From: a virus | Taxonomy: Duplodnaviria > Caudoviricetes | DNA: 64,000 nt | IMG/VR virus record: IMGVR_UViG_3300047297_000146 | Span: 1,835-65,834 of that record | Direction: 5' to 3' (one strand) | Shown here: positions 9,835-19,733 of the stretch, piece after piece | How positions within the stretch are numbered: position 1 is the first letter of the stretch | How the letters are laid out: the number at the start of each line of letters is the position of its first letter | Notes under the pieces: generated by a model | Told to the model about the DNA's origin: nothing | Database searches by the model: none | Seen by the model: only the letters and a program-made list of their open reading frames with translations | Program-made: the position numbers and the translations under genes

Positions 9835-12800
9835 TTTTTCTTAGCCTCCTCAGCACTGAATCTACGTATTGCTGCTTTACCATATTCTTTTAAAGCTAAA
9901 AGAAGTACAGCGGCAAAACTCATTTTCTTGGCTTTTCCAATTAATCCGCCAAACCCCTTAGCTTCCGCGTCGGCAATGATTTTGTTTTGAACTGCTTCAG
10001 GAATCTTAATACCCTCAACGTCTGGTGTGTTATCTTTACCTACCGACTTTGCGCTAATAGAAGTGTATACTTCTCCTTCACGAAAATACCTCTTGCTTGC
10101 TCGCACACGTGAAACCAATTGTGTTACTAACTCACGTACATTCTTGGTATCAATCTTGCCTTCATTGACTTGTTTTACAAAATCTAAATAATCTCGTTTT
10201 CCAATCCAGAATTGCTTACCTTCATATTCAAATCCAAGCCGATTACCAGCTTGTACTGGAGCTGATTCAAATGTTAGCCGTTTTACTATGGGTTCTTTTT
10301 TAATTAATTTTTGATCAATTAACTCAGCATCCATTCCAGCTGGTAACATTCGCGATTGTAAAAATGCACCTCTGTTGTATAACGGCACTTCAATAACTTT
10401 TCCACCGATGCGGTATGTTTCTGATGTAGTAATATCTTTTGTTGTTGTTTTTCCGTCATCACCAGTTGTTGTAACTGTTGCCCCTAAAACTGTATATCCG
10501 TCTTTTAATTTTTTAGATTTTCCATCAGCCTCAGTGGTAAACGTGTTAGCTGTTTGATTTTTTAATATCTTTCCATTAGGGCCTTTGACCTCATAACGAT
10601 ATTCATTTTGGTTTTCTGTTAATATGTCAAGATACTCAACTGTTGTATTGTTAATTTTCCATTGTAATGCGTCTGCGTAATTTGGCTTGTTCGGCATCCT
10701 GTTTTCTCTTACCCATTGCGGTGCCTTAATTGTAAACTTTGTTGCAGCCGGTACAACGTGTCCACCCGGTGTCAAAGTAAGGGCACGGCTGTCTTTTAGT
10801 TGTTTGTTAATTTCTTGCCGTGACGGTCCTGACGGTCCTGACTTCTTATCAAGTTCATTTGGGACTACTTCTGACCAAAGTGGATAATTCCTTAATACAT
10901 ATATTCGTGCTTCATCAGGTAAACCATAAGTATATTCAACCCATTCTTTGGCATTCATGGATTCCCATTTACTATCAATAGATTTCCAGAGATCGCCAAG
11001 TTTTACTTTTGTAGCATCGACATCTAAGCCAATCGCTTGCGCAATCTCAACCTCTCGCGCTAATCGTTTTTTATCATTAGCTGTTAGCTTTTTGTTCCAC
11101 TGCTGGAAAGCTTTTCGTTGATCTTCGGGACTCATGTATACCGTAGGTAAGTTAGTCCGTTCTATCTTCTTAGCCGACTCTCCAAATAAAACTTGAAACG
11201 GGACTTTATTACTAGCAAGATTTGCTTGATTGTAAGTTCTTGATTCCTTAGTGTTTAGTCTGTCAATTTTATTTAATTCAAATAATGGAGACGCACCTAA
11301 CTGTGGAGCAACCGATTTAAGATGCTTATTTAAAACAAGAGTAAGCGTGTCTAGTCGTTGACTTTCATTGTCTGTTAGATCATTATCTAACGCTTTATTT
11401 TTTAATGCCTTATATTGCGAATAAACAGTCTCAAGCGGTAAATCTTTTCTTGTTCGCCAATCACGTGCAACTGATTGTGCAGCTTTTATTGCTGGATCAT
11501 TTGAATTAAATTCTAAAAGCAACCCAGATAATTCACCTTCTGATGTTGCTCTTTTTAACTTTTCCGCAAGACCAGATAACTTTTTAGCTTCGCCTATCTT
11601 AGCAACGCGACCAGTATCTCCTTGTTTTAAAGCATCTACTTCTTTCTGTAATTTGTCCTGTAGTGGTCGTAACTTTTGAAAAACACTATTGCGTAACGCT
11701 GCTACATCATCCTTTTGTGTTGTCAGTGAAACTTTGCCCTTGGCATCGAGTATTGAAATTACTTCACCAACTGCATCACTAGGCAACGTCTTAGGGATTT
11801 TATTACCGTCTGCGTCCGTTACTTCTTTGACGTCATATCCAAACTTTTGTAAGAACGCAGCTTTTTCATTGCGTATCTTGACAGTGTCTTCAGCAGACAT
11901 TTCAGTTGTATTGAAAAACTTAGATATGTCATCTTGAATTTCTTGTGGCGTACGTATACGACCAGATCCTTTGCCAGCAAAAGCATCAATTCGATCTGAC
12001 ATGCGACTACGTAATGTGTCAGAAAATGTCAGTAATGCCTTACTGGTTTTATTGCCCTCAATTAACTTTTTGAGATACTCCTCAGGATTAGCTCGACCAG
12101 AATCTTTTAATCCTTTCAACACTTCAGCTTTTAAAGCTACAACGTTTTGTTTGTTTGTTTCGTTAAGGTTTTCATTAGATGTTAGATCAAGTAAATCGCG
12201 CACTGCGCTAGATAGTTTCGTCGCTCCTCTATTTACTCTAGTGCCTCTGGTAATACCACCATATGTATTACCTTTAGTTGTACTATCAAGAACTTTTAAT
12301 GCTGAATTTAAATCTACTTCAAAATTCTTTGCTTTGACAATTGCTGTTTCTAAACCAGTTTCAATTTTTTGTTTACGCAGTGGGCGCTGGCTATTATTAC
12401 CTTGCTTTACATACTCGGTAGCCACAACTGATACGGCTGTAAATTGACCTGTCTTTGCATCTTTTTTCCAATCAAACGTAAACTTGACATTCTCGTTTAA
12501 TTTATGACCAATAGTTTTTCCTTTGTCATCTTTTATTTCTACTAAATAACTAGGTGCTCTGGCATTGTCATTTACTAATTCGTAGTCTGGATTAATTACG
12601 GTCCAGTTAACGCCTTGTGCGCTTGCGAGAAAACTATTAAATCCTAATCGTGTAGGGCGACCAACACCAATAGTATTTGTTTCACCTTCTCGGTAACGAG
12701 TTAATCCCTGCTCGTAATAAAATTGCTTATCACTTAAAGATAGGCTGTCAAATCCTTTATTACGAACTTGCTCTCTTAGAGTTCTATAACGTTCGCCGAT

Positions 12801-15800
12801 TTTGTCGTCAGCATTTTGTACTGCTCTACGGTCATCTAGAATCTGACTATGAGATTCTTCAGTTGGGCTATTATATGCAAGGTCATATATACGGCTTTGT
12901 AGTAATGATAGTGCATCAGTTCCTTTTTGCTGCGCCCTTACCTTCTTGCGTTCTAATGCAGCAATTGCTTGATCAATTTTTCTTAAACCCTCTGGTGTTT
13001 GTCCAGATTTTGTTTTTTGTGTTTGTAACTTAGCAATGTCGGCATCAGTATTTTTTACTACAGCTGCTTGAATATCCGCATCTCGTTTTGCAGCATCAAG
13101 TGATTTACTAGTATTTTCATACCAGCGTTTAGCAAATTCAACGTAATCGTAATTTCCATTTTTTTCAGCACTTGCAATTTTTGCCGACAGCACTGTTTCA
13201 ATTTGTTTTGTGTCACCAGCTTTTTCACTACCACCAATGTCACCACCAAGGGCTTCAACAGCTTTATTGTAGATTTCTTTTCCGGAATCAACTTGCGCTC
13301 TGTTTGTAGATTCAGATGGCCTAAGGCGTTCCGAAACACTAGTATCTGCTGGTGCTGCATATCCAGCAGCAATACTGGTCATTGATGTACGATACTTTTT
13401 AAATACGTTATCAATGTCTGCGTCAGATACCGTGCCTTTCATCCATTCAGTTGTTGCGGATTCTACTATTTGCTCTCTAATGCTAGATACCATAGTGTCA
13501 AACTTTACTTTGTCTTCTGGCTTAATATCAAACTTAGTTAATGACGATTTGATCGAGTCATCAAACGCATTTAATACCTGTGTCTTAAAGTTACCTTTTG
13601 GAGCTTCTCCGCCAGCTACTTGTTCTCCAATACTGTTTGTTACGCCAAGTATGGATTTTTTTGCGTCGCCAAATATTGTGTTTACAATATCCATACTTCG
13701 CTGCACTCTATCAAGCGCTGTTCTTTCAGTCTTGCTTGACCGACCACCTACGGCACCCGTACCTCCGGGTATTGCATCTGCATTTTGCATTACTGTTCCA
13801 GCAGAAGTGGTAGGTATGTATCTTGTTCCACCTTCAGGTGTGACTTCCATGGTGGATGCCATGGTCCTGAATCTTGCCGGAGTTCCTATTTGCAAAGACT
13901 TTAATATCTTGGCTTTTAAATCTGTCTTGTTGTAATCAGATGCCTTGATGCCAAACATCGATAAAAAGACGTCATCAGTTTTTTTATCTACAGCTGTTGC
14001 TTCCTCTAACCGTGAAGCATACAAACCAACTAACGATGACATCTGCTGGGGAGTCATCTTTATGTTTCCGTTGTATGGAACTTTATCTACTGCACTTTTA
14101 ATTAAATTTTGCAGATCAGTACGGTATCTAGAGTTTTTACCAGCGTAATCAAACATGCCTTGCAAGACTTGTATGCGACTGATCTGATCTGACCGTACTG
14201 GTAATAATGGTTGGTTAAAATCATTCTCACCTGTAGGTAATTTAGCAAATGATAAACCAGACTGCTCAACTGCCGTACCTTCTAAGTTACGTGCTTGTAC
14301 AGCAATATCATTAAGTACGCGCTTCTTGCTCATCCATGAAGACTGCTGTGCGCCACCGGGTATTACTGCATCAACAGCTTTAAAGGTATCTGTAATTAAA
14401 CTGTATGTACCTTTTGATGTACCACCTGTGGTGACACCACCTGTTTTTCCAGCGCGTACAGAACTAATGTCTGAAGTAATCTTAGGCACAATATCAGATT
14501 CAATATCGTAACTATTCATGCCAGCAGTTACGAAATCATTGACATCATCAATGCTTTGGAATAACTTGCGTCCGACTTGTTCTAGTTGTGCTTCGCTAAG
14601 ATTTAAACCTGAGGCCATTGCACCAGCAAGTTCTGGGCGAGATGCAATACGTCCACTGTTTGCACCAGTAATACCTTGTGGTGCTTGTGTTTGACTTCCA
14701 GATACGTTGGAGCTTATGTCATACATGTAAGGATCTTCCTTACCTGCACGTGTCATATCCCCTACGAGGGTGCCCTCCTTCTGACCGTATAAAGCCTTTA
14801 CACCACCGGGGGTTAATGCGGAATACACATCGTCGTTATCAGGATTATTTGGGTCAAAACGTAAAGCTGCTTCATCACTCAATGATGGATCAATATCCAT
14901 CGCTCCAGATACGTATCGCTTCATGCGTGTCTGGCCAAAGAAATCTTTTAACTCTTGTGGAGTAACTTGAGTAGTTGGATCAGCACCAGCTTGCCCACCC
15001 ATTCGCTTTACTAAGTCTTGGGCTTTTTTTGTATTAAATAAACCTTGACCATCAAACTGCTCGTAGGCATCATCAATTAACGCTTGACCTTGTGGCGAAT
15101 CCATAAACATTTGGACTTGCCGATCTTTATTGCCCTCAATAGTTGGTTTTGATAAATCGCCATATGCCGATTCAAATATGTTTAAAGTCTTGCGTGAGTT
15201 ATTTGCTGTAGGAGATCCAGATTGCGCATCTGTTCTAAGTTCCGTAAATCGTCCTTGAACGTAATCGTATAGAACACCACCAATAAGTTTTTTACGTACA
15301 GCTTCTGGACTTGCATCTGCCTTTTCTTGATCAAGTTCAACAAGTGATTTATTTGTAACGTATGGCTTGATAACTTTTGATGCTTGTTGAGCTAGATAGG
15401 TTTGCGTTTTAGGATTTCTAAAATCTTCATCTGTATAGTCAGCAAGTACTTCTAGATAATCTTTTGCACCAGTAACACCAGCATTATCACCCTTCGCGTA
15501 GGCAGTAGTTAAATACATAACGCCATTTGCGTATGCATCTGCCATCTTTCGCTTAGTTGGTTCGCCAGTGTTATATAACTCTGCAGTTCTATTAATTAAC
15601 TGTAAGAACTTGTCATCACCAATGACGTCTGTCCTGTTTGTTCCAGCAGTTTGTTTTGATGCGCCAGTAGCCTTACCAAGCCACGACTGCATCTTAGTAA
15701 TCAGATCAGCACCAGATGCTAGTTGACCAGTACTTTGAGAACGCAAAAACATGTCTAATCCAGCTGCATGTTTTCCCGCACTAGCATCATCTATTCCACC

Positions 15801-16142
15801 TACATCAATGCGAGTACTAAGACCTGCACCTGATGCATTAGGCATGTCTACTATTCCCTTAGATAGACGAGCCATAGGGTCATAATCAAACCCACCCATA
15901 GGAGGTAAACCCGGAAGACTAGGCAATCCGGGCATACCCTGTGGCATTGCTGGCGCTGGCTGTGTAGTCTGTGGCTGTTGACTCGCCATTGGCGGTATTG
16001 ATGGAAGAGACGGTGGTTGTACTTGTTGCCCCTGTGTTGCAGGCACGGGACTACCGCCAGCAGGTGTTGCTGGTTGCTCTTTATCTTTATCCGACATAGG
16101 AGCCGAATTACCCATAATCAAACTAGACAGTAATGACGCCAT
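9825..16142 (-). CDS. Giant hypothetical protein, 2105 aa (possible internal virion protein)
   Basis: Uninterrupted ORF with GGAGGT RBS and Pro/Gln-rich N-terminus; no catalytic motif recognised. Confidence 0.7.
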   Translation of the reverse strand: MASLLSSLIMGNSAPMSDKDKEQPATPAGGSPVPATQGQQVQPPSLPSIPPMASQQPQTTQPAPAMPQGMPGLPSLPGLPPMGGFDYDPMARLSKGIVDMPNASGAGLSTRIDVGGIDDASAGKHAAGLDMFLRSQSTGQLASGADLITKMQSWLGKATGASKQTAGTNRTDVIGDDKFLQLINRTAELYNTGEPTKRKMADAYANGVMYLTTAYAKGDNAGVTGAKDYLEVLADYTDEDFRNPKTQTYLAQQASKVIKPYVTNKSLVELDQEKADASPEAVRKKLIGGVLYDYVQGRFTELRTDAQSGSPTANNSRKTLNIFESAYGDLSKPTIEGNKDRQVQMFMDSPQGQALIDDAYEQFDGQGLFNTKKAQDLVKRMGGQAGADPTTQVTPQELKDFFGQTRMKRYVSGAMDIDPSLSDEAALRFDPNNPDNDDVYSALTPGGVKALYGQKEGTLVGDMTRAGKEDPYMYDISSNVSGSQTQAPQGITGANSGRIASRPELAGAMASGLNLSEAQLEQVGRKLFQSIDDVNDFVTAGMNSYDIESDIVPKITSDISSVRAGKTGGVTTGGTSKGTYSLITDTFKAVDAVIPGGAQQSSWMSKKRVLNDIAVQARNLEGTAVEQSGLSFAKLPTGENDFNQPLLPVRSDQISRIQVLQGMFDYAGKNSRYRTDLQNLIKSAVDKVPYNGNIKMTPQQMSSLVGLYASRLEEATAVDKKTDDVFLSMFGIKASDYNKTDLKAKILKSLQIGTPARFRTMASTMEVTPEGGTRYIPTTSAGTVMQNADAIPGGTGAVGGRSSKTERTALDRVQRSMDIVNTIFGDAKKSILGVTNSIGEQVAGGEAPKGNFKTQVLNAFDDSIKSSLTKFDIKPEDKVKFDTMVSSIREQIVESATTEWMKGTVSDADIDNVFKKYRTSMTSIAAGYAAPADTSVSERLRPSESTNRAQVDSGKEIYNKAVEALGGDIGGSEKAGDTKQIETVLSAKIASAEKNGNYDYVEFAKRWYENTSKSLDAAKRDADIQAAVVKNTDADIAKLQTQKTKSGQTPEGLRKIDQAIAALERKKVRAQQKGTDALSLLQSRIYDLAYNSPTEESHSQILDDRRAVQNADDKIGERYRTLREQVRNKGFDSLSLSDKQFYYEQGLTRYREGETNTIGVGRPTRLGFNSFLASAQGVNWTVINPDYELVNDNARAPSYLVEIKDDKGKTIGHKLNENVKFTFDWKKDAKTGQFTAVSVVATEYVKQGNNSQRPLRKQKIETGLETAIVKAKNFEVDLNSALKVLDSTTKGNTYGGITRGTRVNRGATKLSSAVRDLLDLTSNENLNETNKQNVVALKAEVLKGLKDSGRANPEEYLKKLIEGNKTSKALLTFSDTLRSRMSDRIDAFAGKGSGRIRTPQEIQDDISKFFNTTEMSAEDTVKIRNEKAAFLQKFGYDVKEVTDADGNKIPKTLPSDAVGEVISILDAKGKVSLTTQKDDVAALRNSVFQKLRPLQDKLQKEVDALKQGDTGRVAKIGEAKKLSGLAEKLKRATSEGELSGLLLEFNSNDPAIKAAQSVARDWRTRKDLPLETVYSQYKALKNKALDNDLTDNESQRLDTLTLVLNKHLKSVAPQLGASPLFELNKIDRLNTKESRTYNQANLASNKVPFQVLFGESAKKIERTNLPTVYMSPEDQRKAFQQWNKKLTANDKKRLAREVEIAQAIGLDVDATKVKLGDLWKSIDSKWESMNAKEWVEYTYGLPDEARIYVLRNYPLWSEVVPNELDKKSGPSGPSRQEINKQLKDSRALTLTPGGHVVPAATKFTIKAPQWVRENRMPNKPNYADALQWKINNTTVEYLDILTENQNEYRYEVKGPNGKILKNQTANTFTTEADGKSKKLKDGYTVLGATVTTTGDDGKTTTKDITTSETYRIGGKVIEVPLYNRGAFLQSRMLPAGMDAELIDQKLIKKEPIVKRLTFESAPVQAGNRLGFEYEGKQFWIGKRDYLDFVKQVNEGKIDTKNVRELVTQLVSRVRASKRYFREGEVYTSISAKSVGKDNTPDVEGIKIPEAVQNKIIADAEAKGFGGLIGKAKKMSFAAVLLLALKEYGKAAIRRFSAEEAKKNGK

Positions 16143-16158
16143 ATTTACCTACCTACAA

Positions 16159-16353
16159 TTACATTGGACCCATTGGCCCCATTGGTCCCATTGGTCCCAT
16201 TGGAGGCATCATAGCCTTCTTTGCACCACGCCCTGCCTTAGCAGGAGCCTTCTTCTTTGCTGGAGCTGGCTTTGACTTAGCTCCTTTTGCCATACCTAAT
16301 AAGGCTGCCATGCCCATGGCTTTGCCACGTGATGCAGCTGCGTTCCTCATCAT
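16159..16353 (-). CDS. Small basic Lys/Ala/Met-rich protein
   Basis: Histone H1-like KKAPAK stretch and PMG repeats; RBS upstream. Confidence 0.6.
   Translation of the reverse strand: MMRNAAASRGKAMGMAALLGMAKGAKSKPAPAKKKAPAKAGRGAKKAMMPPMGPMGPMGPMGPM
16161..16203. repeat. 9-nt tandem repeat (CCCATTGGN) encoding PMG repeats
   Basis: cattggacccattggccccattggtcccattggtcccattgg read directly from the sequence. Confidence 0.8.
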
Positions 16354-16365
16354 TATCCTATACCT

Positions 16366-16527
16366 CTATTTTACTCTGTTGAGTCTGGGATTTTTCTTCT
16401 TTGCCGCAGCTGACGCTTTACGGGTAGAAGACGCTAGGATTGCTCCAGCGCTTTTTAAAGACACGCCTTGTTGAGACGATATCTTTTGTTGAACAGCTTT
16501 AAAACCGGGGTGTTTATTAACTGCCAA
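16366..16527 (-). CDS. Small basic phage protein
   Basis: KHPGFKAVQ...AGAILAS...NPRLNRVK; TTG start just after the upstream stop. Confidence 0.6.
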   Translation of the reverse strand: MAVNKHPGFKAVQQKISSQQGVSLKSAGAILASSTRKASAAAKKKNPRLNRVK

Positions 16528-16528
16528 G

Positions 16529-16777
16529 TTAGCAGTTCCATGCACGTAAGGATTTATTGATACGGCTGTTTGGATCGTTAGCTGTTTTGGCACTAGTACG
16601 TGAACGCTTCATGCCTTCCATACGAGCACAAAACGACTTGCGCCGTCCAGCATCTTTAGGTGTTTTTGGGTTAGGGGCTGGTGGTTTTAAATTGGAACCA
16701 GTGGTCCGATTATAATGCGCTCGACCAGCAGAGTTTAAACCTCCAGCTGGATTTTGATACTTCTTAACGACGCCCAT
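16529..16777 (-). CDS. DUF6321-like small basic phage protein
   Basis: GGLN..GR, RRKSFCARM and SLRAWNC motifs. Confidence 0.75.
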   Translation of the reverse strand: MGVVKKYQNPAGGLNSAGRAHYNRTTGSNLKPPAPNPKTPKDAGRRKSFCARMEGMKRSRTSAKTANDPNSRINKSLRAWNC

Positions 16778-16845
16778 TTATTGCACCTCACGACTATCAT
16801 ACACTACCTGTCATAGCAAGACATTACTTGCGGTAGAATGCAGAT

Positions 16846-17052
16846 ATGATGCAATTATCTAAGCGGGAAAAAGAAGTCATTACCTTATTAGGTAAGAGTA
16901 AAACATCAAAAGAAATAGCCCTTGAGCTACAAATTAGCCCAAGGACTGTACACTTTTATCTAGAAAATGCCTACTTTAAACTAGGTGTAAGCGGTGTTGG
17001 CGCAAGGCAGAAGGCTTACAACATAGCATTAGTAAATAAGTTACTAGATTAA
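16846..17052 (+). CDS. LuxR/GerE-type HTH transcription regulator
   Basis: LSKREKEV...KEIALELQISPRTVHFYLENAYFKLGV; stand-alone HTH. Confidence 0.9.
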   Translation: MMQLSKREKEVITLLGKSKTSKEIALELQISPRTVHFYLENAYFKLGVSGVGARQKAYNIALVNKLLD

Positions 17053-17444
17053 TCGTCAGCAAACGGATCTTCGATGTCTTGATTATTGTTTTGCTGTGGC
17101 TTCCTGTTAACTGGTTGAACAACATCAGATTGTTCTTTACGCGAATCAAGAAGTGACCAGTTATCTACAATAACCTTAACAGCTTGCATCTTAACTCCAT
17201 CTTTATTTGTGTACTTGTCTATCTGGACTTTACCACTTACTGCAATTAATCGACCCTTCTGTGCATACTCATTCAACGCTACGCCAGAGTTTCCGAACAA
17301 TGTGCAGTTAAAAAAGTCAGCTTCCTTATCTTTTGTCTTGCGGTCTACAGCAATACAAAAAGTTGTGTAACTTTTTCCTAGTTGTGATTCTTTCGTTGAC
17401 GGATCTTCAGTCAATCTTCCGACAAGTGATACATTATTGAACAT
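17049..17444 (-). CDS. ssb: Single-stranded DNA-binding protein
   Basis: NNVSLVGRLTEDP, DFFNC, KGRLIAVSG and acidic tail EDPFADD; GGAGG RBS before the start at 17444. Confidence 0.95.
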   Translation of the reverse strand: MFNNVSLVGRLTEDPSTKESQLGKSYTTFCIAVDRKTKDKEADFFNCTLFGNSGVALNEYAQKGRLIAVSGKVQIDKYTNKDGVKMQAVKVIVDNWSLLDSRKEQSDVVQPVNRKPQQNNNQDIEDPFADD

Positions 17445-17515
17445 AACTTCCTCCATATTTATTATACCGTAATACGGTATATGCATGTGTGATACACGTA
17501 TAGTAAACTAAATTT

Positions 17516-17680
17516 ATGGCACGTGATATCAAACAGATGAAACCAGACGGCATCTATAAAACCGGCATGATGAGTGGTATGAAAAAGGGTATGAAGAAGG
17601 GCAAGAAAGTCGAGAACGATGACAAGTGCCCTTCTTGCGGTAAGAAGAAATCAGAATGTGGGTGCGACTACGACGATTAA
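17516..17680 (+). CDS. Small Lys/Met-rich protein with C-terminal Cys cluster (54 aa, not in ORF track)
   Basis: MARDIKQMKPDGIYKTGMMSGMKKGMKKGKKVENDDKCPSCGKKKSECGCDYDD; TAAACT 6 nt upstream of the ATG. Confidence 0.55.
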   Translation: MARDIKQMKPDGIYKTGMMSGMKKGMKKGKKVENDDKCPSCGKKKSECGCDYDD

Positions 17681-17922
17681 GTCTTGTCCTTGCAATATTG
17701 TTCGATCAAGTCAACAATCTGCTGTGCAAACATATCGCTGTGAGTAACGGTCGCTACTAGATACCAGATTGCTTTATTAATGTCGTCATTATATGTTGAG
17801 CCGGGTTTGTCTCCAGCTCTTTCAATATATTTGACAGCATTAAATTCTGCCCATGTTAAATCCCATTCCCATGCACAATGCACAGTCTGTATCTTGTGTT
17901 TACGATAATGTGCGTTGTCCAT
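17677..17922 (-). CDS. DUF3310 (T7 gp1.7 nucleotide kinase-like) protein
   Basis: HY...NAVKYIERAGDK...DINKAIWYL. Confidence 0.75.
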   Translation of the reverse strand: MDNAHYRKHKIQTVHCAWEWDLTWAEFNAVKYIERAGDKPGSTYNDDINKAIWYLVATVTHSDMFAQQIVDLIEQYCKDKT

Positions 17923-18392
17923 TAAAATTCTCCAGTAGAGCCGAATCCACCTTGACCTCTACCTGAAGTCTCTTCAAACAAGTTGCCTGTTTGCACTATA
18001 GTAACGTGGCATCTTTCAACAGGGCAAAGCACCAGTTGTGCTATGGCCATGCAATCAACTACAACAAACTGTTCTTGTCCTGAGTTGTGCAGTATGACTT
18101 GTATTTCACCTTGGTAGTCCGCGTCTACGGTACCCGGTGAGTTTAATACATGAACAGAGTACTTAAGCGCAATACCACTACGTGATCGCACTTGCAGTTC
18201 ATAGTCCGGATCCATCTTCACTCGCCACCCTGTTGGTATAAGGGCTGTGTGTCCGGGTTTAATTACTACTGGTTTTTTTAAGTACGCTTTTACATCAAGA
18301 CCACTAGCCAGTTGCGTTTTGCGTACTGGCTCGTGACCTGCTTGATGTTCGTCGTTACCACACCATTGGAACTCTAAGCTTTTTGATTTCAT
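17922..18392 (-). CDS. dut: dUTPase (trimeric)
   Basis: SGLD, RSG, GTVDADYQGEI, AQL and RGQGGFGSTG motifs. Confidence 0.97.
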   Translation of the reverse strand: MKSKSLEFQWCGNDEHQAGHEPVRKTQLASGLDVKAYLKKPVVIKPGHTALIPTGWRVKMDPDYELQVRSRSGIALKYSVHVLNSPGTVDADYQGEIQVILHNSGQEQFVVVDCMAIAQLVLCPVERCHVTIVQTGNLFEETSGRGQGGFGSTGEF

Positions 18393-18622
18393 ACGTTGCT
18401 ATCTGTAAGCTTACCCATGACGTGTACCAACGCTACGTAGGCTAATTCATTAAGCCACTTACTAGGAATCTTGCATTCTTTCTTTAACGCAATTGCCTTA
18501 ACCGCCAAGTCTGGCAACGTGTACGTACCGCAATCTTCGCCTTTAACGTTCAGGATGTACGTATCTGGTGTGACCTGTACGACTTCAATATCCGATTGAT
18601 TACCACGCTTTAAGATTGTCAT
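18389..18622 (-). CDS. Hypothetical protein (paralog of 18600-18866)
   Basis: Translationally coupled ORF; aligns by eye with its neighbour. Confidence 0.6.
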   Translation of the reverse strand: MTILKRGNQSDIEVVQVTPDTYILNVKGEDCGTYTLPDLAVKAIALKKECKIPSKWLNELAYVALVHVMGKLTDSNV

Positions 18623-18866
18623 CTTGTTTCTCCATTAACTGACTAATTGCTTTGATAGCAATATCTTGCATAAACCGCCAAGGTATCTTGGCTCCCTGAC
18701 CCTGTACGGTATCAAGAAATAACACTGCCTCTGGCAGCGAATCTATTACTAAATACTGATTGTTCCACCTAATGGCATATGTGCCATCTTGTTTATGTGT
18801 AACTGTTACGTCAGAGTCATAACCTTTAGCAATCATCAAGATGTCAACACATCCCATTGGTTCCAT
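18600..18866 (-). CDS. Hypothetical protein (paralog of 18389-18622)
   Basis: Coupled ORF downstream of thyX. Confidence 0.6.
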   Translation of the reverse strand: MEPMGCVDILMIAKGYDSDVTVTHKQDGTYAIRWNNQYLVIDSLPEAVLFLDTVQGQGAKIPWRFMQDIAIKAISQLMEKQDDNLKAW

Positions 18867-19498
18867 TACATGTGATTCTCAGTAAATGCACTTGTCGTAT
18901 TAGGAAGAACCTTGCACAGCACGTTCCAGCAGTCAGTAGCAATTTCACGATGTTCTTGCTGCGTGTGCGTGTTCATGCGTACTCGGCAGTAATGTAGCCA
19001 GTCACGCACGTTTCCCTTCATATACAGGCGTGTGCCGACGCACAAGGGCAATACCATTCGTGCTGACTCTAGCGCTACACCAGATTTGACAAGATCATCG
19101 TAGGCCCGGATAGCAACTAGTACTGGAGCTAACGCTTTGTTGTCCATTTGATATTGCGTTTCAGGATCATCAAACATAACGCTACCCTGCCTATTAGTAC
19201 TACCTTTACGGCGCATAACAGGTAAGTCTAACTCAATCTTGCTTGGGTTTGCGTAACGCTGGCTAAACTCTTGGAAGTGAAAGCTCCTGTGACGCAGGAT
19301 CTGTGCTGCAATAGCCCTTGATGTGTAGATCTCCATGACCACATCTACCATCTCAAACACAGACCAATGACCTTCACGCATGCAATACTTCAGAAGCCTA
19401 ACGTATTCAGGGTTATCTTGGTTATCAGATGAGACACGTGCAAGATGAATCATAAATTCTTCTGCATCAGGTTGTACGTACTTAAGTGTGGCTGCCAT
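18866..19498 (-). CDS. thyX: Flavin-dependent thymidylate synthase
   Basis: GHWSVFE, RHRSFHFQEFSQRY (RHRx7S), ARMVLP and QQEHR motifs. Confidence 0.97.
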   Translation of the reverse strand: MAATLKYVQPDAEEFMIHLARVSSDNQDNPEYVRLLKYCMREGHWSVFEMVDVVMEIYTSRAIAAQILRHRSFHFQEFSQRYANPSKIELDLPVMRRKGSTNRQGSVMFDDPETQYQMDNKALAPVLVAIRAYDDLVKSGVALESARMVLPLCVGTRLYMKGNVRDWLHYCRVRMNTHTQQEHREIATDCWNVLCKVLPNTTSAFTENHM

Positions 19499-19510
19499 TT
19501 TCTCCTCCAA

Positions 19511-19591
19511 TCCCCAGTACGGGACTCGAACCTGTACTCTTTGCAGAAACGGATTTTAAGTCCGTCGTGTCTACCATTCCACCAACTGGGG
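19511..19591 (-). tRNA. tRNA-Leu(UAA)
   Basis: Acceptor CCCCAGT/ACTGGGG plus discriminator A; anticodon arm ACGGA-CTTAAAA-TCCGT; long variable arm; GGTTCGAGTCC with one T-stem mismatch; CCA not encoded. Confidence 0.9.
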
Positions 19592-19702
19592 TTGTGTCTT
19601 ATTATACCGTAAGTATATGTGGTACTATGGTTGTGAAACGCGATGATATCTTAAAAGTCCGCCCATCATGCCACCATAGCGACAGTTAGGACGAGCGAAT
19701 CT

Positions 19703-19731
19703 AAAGGCCCCTTCACAGAGGGGCCTTTTTT
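19703..19731 (+). terminator. Intrinsic terminator (possibly bidirectional)
   Basis: AAAGGCCCCT-loop-AGGGGCCTTTTTT. Confidence 0.75.
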
Positions 19732-19733
19732 AT

